A DNA stretch of 64,000 nt from sequence record SRR2962707_3801. The stretch is one strand, 5' to 3'. Shown piece by piece: positions 56,506 to 64,000 of the stretch. Numbering within the stretch: the stretch's first letter is position 1; each line of letters begins with the position of its first letter. Both the position numbers and the translations under genes were made by a program. Under the pieces are notes generated by a model. That model was not told where the DNA came from. It did not search any database and saw nothing but the letters and a program-made list of their open reading frames with translations.

Positions 56506-59144
56506 ACAATGAGCTTAAAGGACCACCTCAATGGATGGATAGAATCATTGAATTCTACTGTCGCAAAGATTTGCTAGAGGATCTTCAGGGTGATCTTCAT
56601 GAATATTATTTCAGAAACCTTAAAAAAAGTAGGAGAAGAGCCAACCTTATCTACTTTCTGGATGTGCTCAAATTCTGCAGACTATACACAATTCAAAAAC
56701 CCAAAATAATAGGACAAATGACTTTTTTTAACCTGATGGCTAATTACTTCAAAACAAGTGTGCGAAGCATAGCTAGAAACAAACTTTTTTCTTCGATCAA
56801 TATCGTAGGATTGGCAGTATCTATGTCAGTGGGACTACTCATGATCACTTACATCGGAGAGACGCTGACCTTTGACGAATTTCATGAAAAGAAGGATCGG
56901 ATTTACAGGGTAACATCGACCTACCAAAGTGTATCGGATGATGATCCTTTCGATTTAGCATCTACCTCAGTGTTCATCGGGGAAAAATTAAAGGAGGAGT
57001 ACACAGGCTTTGAAAAAGTACTCATTATGCGACGTAATTTCAGTGCTGATATCGCCAAAGGTGAAAACATTATTAATGTAAGGGGTCATTATTCAACTCC
57101 AGAATTTTTTGATGTTTTTTCCTTTGATCTGCAATCCGGTGACCCTTCCACAGCTTTGGTTGATCCCAATTCAATCATCTTAACTGAAAAAGCTGCCGAG
57201 AAACTTTTTAAAGATGAGGACCCTGTGGGTCAAGTCGTCACGGCCGGTGAAGAAAGCTATACGGTCACAGGCATAATAAAAGAAGTGCCTCAAAACTCCC
57301 ATATTCAATTTGAGGCACTCGCATCTTTTTCTACTATAGCAAATGATCATCGGGATGATGAAAACTCATCCTTTTTTACCTGGAGGAGCATCTGGATGAA
57401 CTATGTTTATGTCCTTCTTGACGAAGGGACCACTCCTCAGCAGATCAATGCCAGCCTGATAGAAATTGCTTCTGAGGAGAATGAAAAAACGGATAGATTC
57501 ACGATTACCCATGAGCTGGAAAGCCTGATGGATATTGTTCCGGGCAGAGATCTCTCCAATCAAATCGGCCCAAGTATTAACTGGGAAAGTATTTATCAGC
57601 TTTTAGGTCTCACTTTGATCATCATTTTATCAGCCTGTTTCAACTATACTAACCTGTCAATCGCAAGAGCATTAAGACGAGCTAAAGAAGTGGGAATCCG
57701 AAAGGTCGTGGGGGCGTCCAGATCACACGTGTTAGCTCAGTTTGTTTTTGAAGCCATCCTTATTGCCATCTTTTCGCTGGTAATCGCAGTGGGACTGTAT
57801 CAAATGATCAAACCTGAGTTTGTCGCTTCTGTATTGGATGAGGAAAACATCGGAATGGAGTTTACCTGGATGAACCTGGTGTATTTCATCGGGTTTGCAA
57901 TCGTGATAGGTTTTGTCTCAGGAATTCTTCCTTCTGTTGTGCTTTCAAAGTTGAAGGCAATATCCATCCTGACAGATGCAACAAAACTGAAAATGTTCAA
58001 AGGAGTCAATTTGCGTAAAGTTCTTATTGTATTTCAGTTCGCTATTTCCATGGCTTTGATCATAGGAGCTACAATTACCTACAGGCAATACAACTTCTCT
58101 ATCAATTATGATCTTGGCTTTAATACCGAGAATATCTTGAATATGGAGTTGTTTAGGAATGATTCTGAGTTATTGATGAATGAGCTCGCCAAACTACCGG
58201 AGATAAAAGAGATGTCTCGTTCTGGAATGATCCCGAGTACTGGTGAGATATGGGGAGATGAGTTGAAGTATAAAGACCCGATGGATTCAGTCTCCATTTA
58301 CTTTAATCGGGTAGATAAAAACTACCCGGGTGTGCATGGTATGAAATTCTTGGCAGGCGGAACGTTCCCTTATGATATGAAGGAAGGTGAGGAGGACCCT
58401 AAATTCATCATCATAGACCGGTCGCTAAGTGAACGTTTTGGATTTAACAAGCCAGAGGAAGCATTGGGAGAAATACTGTATCTACAGAGAAGAAATGAAG
58501 ATGATCTGCCTGTTCAGATTACCGGAGTGATCGAAAACTACCAGTATCAGAACCTGGCAAGCGACCCGGAACCCACAGCGTTGATACCAGGAGGCAAAGA
58601 CGATCTTTATAATATCAACATGGTTGTTAGCTCCACAGATATCATAGGTCTGATGGATAAAATGGAAAAAATATGGACCGATTTAGAGAAAGTGCATCCT
58701 TTTACTGCGGAGTTTCTGGATGAACAAATTCAATCATCCTATGCCCATTACAAAGTGATTTTCAGAATATTCACCTTTCTGGCAATATTGGCAATAACAA
58801 TATCAACGATGGGGTTATTGGGGATGGCTGTTTTCACTACAGAAACGAGAATCAAAGAAGTAAGCATCAGGAAAGTACTGGGAGCAACTGAGCAAAACCT
58901 GATCATGATTTTATCGAGAAGTTTTATGATTATGCTTTTCATTTCGGCTGTAATAGCTATTCCATTGACGTATTTCTTTTTTACGGAATACATTCTTGGA
59001 GAATTTAAAAAGCGGATTGATATTGGTCTGACGGAACTACTTCCCGGCGTTCTATTGATTTTTCTTATTGGTTTCCTGACAATTAGCTGGCAAACCATCA
59101 AAGCAGCTAAAACCAACCCTGCAGATATGTTGAGAGATGAGTGA
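56502..59144 (+). CDS. MacB/FtsX-like ABC permease with N-terminal prefix domain
   Basis: 'EDLQGDLHE', 'INIVGLAVSM', 'FNYTNLSIARALRRAKEVGIRKVVGA', 'KAAKTNPADMLRDE'. Confidence 0.92.
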   Translation: MNNELKGPPQWMDRIIEFYCRKDLLEDLQGDLHEYYFRNLKKSRRRANLIYFLDVLKFCRLYTIQKPKIIGQMTFFNLMANYFKTSVRSIARNKLFSSINIVGLAVSMSVGLLMITYIGETLTFDEFHEKKDRIYRVTSTYQSVSDDDPFDLASTSVFIGEKLKEEYTGFEKVLIMRRNFSADIAKGENIINVRGHYSTPEFFDVFSFDLQSGDPSTALVDPNSIILTEKAAEKLFKDEDPVGQVVTAGEESYTVTGIIKEVPQNSHIQFEALASFSTIANDHRDDENSSFFTWRSIWMNYVYVLLDEGTTPQQINASLIEIASEENEKTDRFTITHELESLMDIVPGRDLSNQIGPSINWESIYQLLGLTLIIILSACFNYTNLSIARALRRAKEVGIRKVVGASRSHVLAQFVFEAILIAIFSLVIAVGLYQMIKPEFVASVLDEENIGMEFTWMNLVYFIGFAIVIGFVSGILPSVVLSKLKAISILTDATKLKMFKGVNLRKVLIVFQFAISMALIIGATITYRQYNFSINYDLGFNTENILNMELFRNDSELLMNELAKLPEIKEMSRSGMIPSTGEIWGDELKYKDPMDSVSIYFNRVDKNYPGVHGMKFLAGGTFPYDMKEGEEDPKFIIIDRSLSERFGFNKPEEALGEILYLQRRNEDDLPVQITGVIENYQYQNLASDPEPTALIPGGKDDLYNINMVVSSTDIIGLMDKMEKIWTDLEKVHPFTAEFLDEQIQSSYAHYKVIFRIFTFLAILAITISTMGLLGMAVFTTETRIKEVSIRKVLGATEQNLIMILSRSFMIMLFISAVIAIPLTYFFFTEYILGEFKKRIDIGLTELLPGVLLIFLIGFLTISWQTIKAAKTNPADMLRDE

Positions 59145-59172
59145 TTGATTTGATCTTACTATCTTTTCTCTT

Positions 59173-59712
59173 ATGAACAGAGAAGACGCAAAAGAGATAT
59201 TACTCTCCATGACTGAAAGCGACAGCCTGCTTCGTCATGCACGAACTGTCGAATTGGTCATGGAAGCATACGCTGAAAAATTCAAAGAAGATCCGGAAGA
59301 GTGGGCAATCACCGGAATGCTGCATGATGCAGACTATGAAAAGTACCCTGAGGAGCATCCAAATAGAATAGTTACACTTCTGCGTGAAAAAGGAGAAGAG
59401 AAGATTGCTCATGCGATTTCTGCCCACTATACCAAGTGGAACGTACCTTACGAGACGACTTTAGATAAAGCGCTGTTGGCGTGTGATGAACTGACCGGCT
59501 TCATCGTGGCATGCTGTCAGGTAAGGCCGGAAGGCATACAGACACTTTCAGCCAAATCAGTAAAAAAGAAGCTCAAACAAAAAAGCTTTGCAGCCAAAGT
59601 GGAGCGCGACGAGATAGCTGCCGGAGTAGAGATGCTAGCCGTGGATATAACAGATCACATTAACTTTATCATAGATGTGCTGAAAAAGCATAAGGAAGAA
59701 CTCGACATCTAA
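59173..59712 (+). CDS. HD-domain (HDIG-type) hydrolase
   Basis: 'LLRHARTVE', 'GMLHDADYE', 'ACDELTGFI'. Confidence 0.88.
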   Translation: MNREDAKEILLSMTESDSLLRHARTVELVMEAYAEKFKEDPEEWAITGMLHDADYEKYPEEHPNRIVTLLREKGEEKIAHAISAHYTKWNVPYETTLDKALLACDELTGFIVACCQVRPEGIQTLSAKSVKKKLKQKSFAAKVERDEIAAGVEMLAVDITDHINFIIDVLKKHKEELDI

Positions 59713-59722
59713 AACACACATT

Positions 59723-60268
59723 ATGAAAAAGAAATTATTAATCGGATTTGGCATTTTGATCCTGTTGATCATTGCTGCCTTCTTTTATCTCAACAATAGA
59801 AACAGGACATTGAGTCCTCCGGGACAGACATCTGCGACCGCCAATGGTGACACGGTTTCAGTGGAATATTCCCGTCCATCCGTTCGAGATCGTATGGTTT
59901 TTGGCGAAGCGGAGGAAGGAGCTTTGCAGCCATATGGTGTGTACTGGAGATTAGGAGCAAATGAACCGACTTTCCTGGACGTCAATTACGATTTCCAATT
60001 TGGAGATACGGATATGGATGCGGGAAAATATGTTATCTATGCGATTCCTGGCGAGGGTGAAATGGAGCTTCGGTTAAACTCAGATCTTCGGTTTTGGGGC
60101 TATACTGAGCCGGATTATTCGATGGATGTGGCCACCACTGTAGTTCCTATGCAGAATGCGACACATACTGAACAGTTTACCATAAATGCCCAGCCTGATT
60201 CGTTAGGAGTGCGTTTGGTGTTTTCATGGGATAGATACCAATGGGAGCTGCCAATAGAAAAGCAATAG
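59723..60268 (+). CDS. DUF2911 protein
   Basis: 'LSPP', 'VEYSRPSVRDR', 'PYGVYWRLGANEPT'. Confidence 0.88.
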   Translation: MKKKLLIGFGILILLIIAAFFYLNNRNRTLSPPGQTSATANGDTVSVEYSRPSVRDRMVFGEAEEGALQPYGVYWRLGANEPTFLDVNYDFQFGDTDMDAGKYVIYAIPGEGEMELRLNSDLRFWGYTEPDYSMDVATTVVPMQNATHTEQFTINAQPDSLGVRLVFSWDRYQWELPIEKQ

Positions 60269-60285
60269 CCTTAAAATTAAGGTAT

Positions 60286-60320
60286 GTAGTCATCCTACCA
60301 CTTGAAGTGGTAGGACGACT
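60286..60320. repeat. Long palindrome (REP-like or bidirectional terminator)
   Basis: AGTCATCCTACCACTT-G-AAGTGGTAGGACGACT, 16-bp IR with 1 mismatch, overlapping a 5' GTAG; lies between convergent genes. Confidence 0.65.
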
Positions 60321-60323
60321 TTT

Positions 60324-61034
60324 CTAAAAATCATACTGAAAAGTTACCTGGATTGAAGGATGCCGTTCCACAATTCCATTAGCACTTGCATGCTGATGTA
60401 AGTACGCTAATTGTATATTTCCATTCCCAACATTTTTGCCTATCCCGGCATATATCCAGTTTTGATTATAAGTTGCCTGCCTGAAGTTACCATCAGTGGA
60501 TACCCACAATTCATCAAAAACATGTATAAAATACTTATCTGAGAGGGGTTTTCTCCAGGTTAGTCTGTATCTGAATCGGTTACTGAAGTTATAACCATCT
60601 ATTTCTACTGCTCCACCGGGAGGTCTTTCAATCAGATTTCCCTGATACCTATGCTCTATTCTATATCTATGTGAAAATGTGGATTTACCAAGCGATTGAT
60701 TGATCGTAACTTGTTCCCAAAAATTATGTTCTGGTAAGGTCCCTAGTAAAGGATATTCCCCGTAAGGATGTGTTTTTATATAGGAATATCCTACTGAATA
60801 GATTACACTTTCTCCTGGTGCGAAATTCACAAAAGGGCGAAGAATAAACTGCTTATTGTCGCTCAAAAAATCTGTTCGACGGATATGCAATTCATTCCCT
60901 ACCGTCCATTTTTCATTGATTTTATAATGATTTAGAAGCAGAAACCAGAACTCTGAATCACCATGAATGTCATCCTGTGCTTGTGATTGGAATCCGATAA
61001 TAAGCAAAAAGATAATTAACAATAACTTTTTCAT
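60324..61034 (-). CDS. DUF2490 outer-membrane beta-barrel protein
   Basis: 'EHNFWEQ', 'HRYRIEHR', 'NRFRYRL', C-terminal 'FQYDF'. Confidence 0.85.
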   Translation of the reverse strand: MKKLLLIIFLLIIGFQSQAQDDIHGDSEFWFLLLNHYKINEKWTVGNELHIRRTDFLSDNKQFILRPFVNFAPGESVIYSVGYSYIKTHPYGEYPLLGTLPEHNFWEQVTINQSLGKSTFSHRYRIEHRYQGNLIERPPGGAVEIDGYNFSNRFRYRLTWRKPLSDKYFIHVFDELWVSTDGNFRQATYNQNWIYAGIGKNVGNGNIQLAYLHQHASANGIVERHPSIQVTFQYDF

Positions 61035-61097
61035 ACTTCAAGTATAAGGCCTGAATTGGTTTGAAAAAGTTATAGACCTCTTATTTACTTAAATAGT

Positions 61098-61739
61098 TCA
61101 TTCTTTTTCTATTATCTGATCCACTTCCTTGATCATTTTATTTACCGTCATGGTGAAATTAACAGGCGACACAGCCTTATTAACCAGTAGGCTATCCATT
61201 TCTTCAAAGACATGCTTCTCTATGGCCAATTGTACTGAATCACTCCCCCAATATGGGCTGTGAAATAACATCGCATTTTTTATGTGCAACTGCGCATATC
61301 GTAATGCAATGTTGGCCTTTTCCATTTGATTGGTTTCGGCGTACATTTCTGATATCTCCAGTTCGGCGTGAGCCAGATTATTCAACGCATATTCAAAAGT
61401 TGACCTCAAATCGATCGAACTGATAGAGTCTTTCACAATGCTTCTGTGTACTTCTTCGAGACGACTAATGGATTCTTCGAGCTTTTGAAAGCTCTCATCA
61501 TCCACATCTTTCTCCAGCTTCCAGATTGACTCAATGGCTTTCTCTAAACTGAATGCACTCATTTCATGACGCTCCTCTTCTTCATAGTGAGCCACATTTT
61601 TGAGGTGATAATCTGGCATTTTGGCTGCTGCGCTAAGCGTCGGATGTTGTTCAATTTCAGGTTCCTGGTTGTAAAAATAGAATATTGCAAAAAGGGCAAA
61701 TATTCCAATAACGATAATGGCGACTTGTTGCTTTTTCAT
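61098..61739 (-). CDS. Hypothetical single-TM helical protein (paralog A)
   Basis: N-terminal TM; shares motifs with 61819..62583. Confidence 0.75.
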   Translation of the reverse strand: MKKQQVAIIVIGIFALFAIFYFYNQEPEIEQHPTLSAAAKMPDYHLKNVAHYEEEERHEMSAFSLEKAIESIWKLEKDVDDESFQKLEESISRLEEVHRSIVKDSISSIDLRSTFEYALNNLAHAELEISEMYAETNQMEKANIALRYAQLHIKNAMLFHSPYWGSDSVQLAIEKHVFEEMDSLLVNKAVSPVNFTMTVNKMIKEVDQIIEKE

Positions 61740-61818
61740 TGTGTTAGATGTTTAGTTTTGGATATTGACCGATCTATCTTAAGGATCAGCCTTTTTTTGA
61801 CGTCCTGATATTTAGTTT

Positions 61819-62583
61819 TTAATTATTTCTTGACTTTATAAGTCCAATTAGAGAGTCCAATTCATTGGATATTTTATTCAAACGTGCATCCACCATAGTT
61901 ACCGAAATAGAGTCACTTGCAATCAGGCTGTCTAGCTCTTTGAAAATATCAGCTTCCAGGCTTTTTATTTCTGCACCATTTTGCTGATTAGCATAGTCCA
62001 TTAGGTAAGCATTTTTCACATGTAATTGTGCTTGCTTTAAGGCTAGCATCGCCAACTCATTTTGGCTGGTCCTGAGAGCTGACTCTGAGATATTCACCTC
62101 GGCTTTCGCCAGCGTGTTAAGGGTAAAATAGAACGCACTTTGAATATCCCGATGACGGAGCGAGTCACCCATGATTTCTTGATCTATTTTTTTAAGCTCG
62201 TTGATTGCTTCATCCAGAAGTTCCTGCTGACTCAGGTTAGGGTATTCTTCGTAGGTCTTTAACGATTCAATGATTTCCTCAAGGTGTATGATGCTTCTAT
62301 GATGCAGAATTTTGAGTCTGATTGAAACATCCTCGTATACATTTCCCTTCATCGTGTCGAGAACAGATTTCAGCTCATTAACTGCTTTAAGGGCTTTTTC
62401 CAGGTGGTATTCATTTCTCGCAAACCGATCACGGTATTTGTCCAGGTTCTCCGCTTGCTGTTTTGTAAGCTTGGGAATGGATTCAGGCTCCACCTGATAC
62501 GTCGTGGTATTTCTATGGGCTACATAGACAATAATGAAAATAATCAGGAGTACCATAAATAGAATTTTCGTTGATTTGTTCAT
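61819..62583 (-). CDS. Hypothetical single-TM helical protein (paralog B)
   Basis: 'LNTLAKAEVNISE', 'ALKQAQLHVKNA', 'IFKELDSL' align by eye to paralog A. Confidence 0.75.
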   Translation of the reverse strand: MNKSTKILFMVLLIIFIIVYVAHRNTTTYQVEPESIPKLTKQQAENLDKYRDRFARNEYHLEKALKAVNELKSVLDTMKGNVYEDVSIRLKILHHRSIIHLEEIIESLKTYEEYPNLSQQELLDEAINELKKIDQEIMGDSLRHRDIQSAFYFTLNTLAKAEVNISESALRTSQNELAMLALKQAQLHVKNAYLMDYANQQNGAEIKSLEADIFKELDSLIASDSISVTMVDARLNKISNELDSLIGLIKSRNN

Positions 62584-62641
62584 GGCCTTATTTTTTTAAT
62601 TTTTTATGTTAATTCCTCATAGCTATTTCATGCCAGGTTTT

Positions 62642-63316
62642 TTAAGACCCCAGCAGATCCTTGTAATTTTTGTTGATATACTCTTCGATTGAGTCATAAA
62701 AATCTTCCAGCTCCATCTGGAAGATGTTGATAGTAACCGGAGAGGATGAATGTAGATCCAGCTCCAGCTGTCTAATTTCATCGTGATCGTCTTTTAAAAT
62801 CCTGATTTTCTGTATTTCAGCCACATTAAACCGCCCCTCCATTTCATTGTCTTTATATTCAATGAAGTCTGGAGTGAGTTTTAAAAAATCATTGTAGTTA
62901 TTGATGCCGGAAATAAGCTTTCCTGCAATGGGTAAAACGATGACAACACCAGCCCAAATGAAAAACCTAAAATCATTGACATTATAAGTGAGAAATAGAA
63001 AAATCACTATGGCTGGTATCAATAGGTAAATCAATGCCTGTATGACCAGTTTTCGCTTATGATTTCTAAAGACTAAACCACCATCTTCTGGCTTGATTGA
63101 GACAGGAAACAGGATTTCTTCCCATAGGATCAGGATCATGATGGTTACGGCGGAACTCACTAAGAATTCCGCCATATAGATATTTATAAAACCTTCATAT
63201 TCGGGCTGCCTTTTCTCAAAAAGTTGGCCGGACAGAAAAAATACGAGCACAAAAATGATTGCCAATATTCCGAGACTAAAGTCTTTCGGGTATGTTTTTC
63301 TTATAATTTTTGTCAT
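62642..63316 (-). CDS. Hypothetical membrane protein (about 4 TMs plus soluble C-terminus)
   Basis: Intact 224-aa ORF starting 15 nt after the TolC-family stop. Confidence 0.72.
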   Translation of the reverse strand: MTKIIRKTYPKDFSLGILAIIFVLVFFLSGQLFEKRQPEYEGFINIYMAEFLVSSAVTIMILILWEEILFPVSIKPEDGGLVFRNHKRKLVIQALIYLLIPAIVIFLFLTYNVNDFRFFIWAGVVIVLPIAGKLISGINNYNDFLKLTPDFIEYKDNEMEGRFNVAEIQKIRILKDDHDEIRQLELDLHSSSPVTINIFQMELEDFYDSIEEYINKNYKDLLGS

Positions 63317-63331
63317 ACTATGGGTATTATA

Positions 63332-64000
63332 TTATTTCCATCCACCACCTAAGGCACGATAAATATTTACAGATGCCTGTAGTTGCGCCATCTTCGTTTC
63401 AACCAGTTCAAATTCGGATTCAAGCGCCTCTTCCTGAGTTAGCAATACTTCTATGTAATCAGCTCTAGCGTTTCTGAAAAGATTATTAGAGATGTCAATC
63501 GACTCATTCAAGTATTGGACTTGCTGGAGTTTAAATCTGTAGCTCTGTCTCAGGTTTTGAAAGTTGGATATCTGATTGGCAACTTCCACGTACGCATTTA
63601 GTATCGTTTGCTCATATTCAATTGCAGCTTGAATTTGTCTGGCGTTTGAATTCTGATACAGTGCCTTGATCGCGTTTCGGTTGACTAATGGTGCCATCAA
63701 TTCACCGCCGATTCCATACATGAGCGATTCAGGAGTCTCAAGCAGATATTTCGCATTAAATGCCTGATAGCCGATACCCGCACCGATCTCAAGGCGGGGA
63801 TAAAACCGTGCTTTTGCCACCTTAACATCTAGCTTCGAAGCAGCTAACTCCATCTCTGCCTGTCTGATGTCTGGTCTGTTTTCCAAAAGCTGGGATGGAA
63901 GACCCACTTGCAGACTGTCTGATATTAGTGCATCAAAGCCTCCGAAAGACCTTACAACTCGCTGAGGAAACCTCCCAACCAAAAAATTGATTTCGTTCTC
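63332..64000 (-). CDS. TolC/OprM-family outer-membrane efflux protein (5' part outside the window)
   Basis: 'PSQLLENRPDIRQAE', 'AKARFYP', 'YIEVL', C-terminal 'YRALGGGW'. Confidence 0.92.
   Translation of the reverse strand, partial: ENEINFLVGRFPQRVVRSFGGFDALISDSLQVGLPSQLLENRPDIRQAEMELAASKLDVKVAKARFYPRLEIGAGIGYQAFNAKYLLETPESLMYGIGGELMAPLVNRNAIKALYQNSNARQIQAAIEYEQTILNAYVEVANQISNFQNLRQSYRFKLQQVQYLNESIDISNNLFRNARADYIEVLLTQEEALESEFELVETKMAQLQASVNIYRALGGGWK

Noticed and set aside
1-64000. Prophage, defence island, tRNA or rRNA genes
   Set aside because: No integrase, phage structural, restriction or toxin genes recognised, and no tRNA-like or rRNA sequence seen. A tRNAscan/Infernal run would be needed to exclude small RNAs.

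Overview
A gene-dense chromosomal segment, very likely from a Bacteroidota (probably Cytophagales) bacterium. This is inferred from TAnnTTTG -7 promoter motifs, A-rich translation starts, and typical TonB-dependent receptor, LytS/LytTR and DUF gene content. Housekeeping or metabolic genes include icmF, acpH, crcB, yjbQ, aroA, aroB, proline dehydrogenase, lysS and a lycopene-cyclase-family gene. I saw no rRNA, tRNA, CRISPR array or prophage. Main observations: (1) A REP-associated tyrosine transposase (RAYT-like) carries an in-frame copy of its flanking REP doublet inside its own coding sequence. (2) Three LytS/LytTR two-component pairs lie within about 8 kb. Each sits beside a putative envelope target gene whose upstream region has short direct repeats at a 21-bp period. 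(3) A photolyase with apparently inverted domain order lies in a small operon with an unannotated Lacal_2735-like gene and a frameshifted DUF2256-like gene. (4) A double aspartyl protease is fused to a VOC/glyoxalase-like domain. (5) There are several small ORFs missing from the ORF track and several unrelated REP-like palindrome families. All family names come from motif recognition by eye, not database searches.
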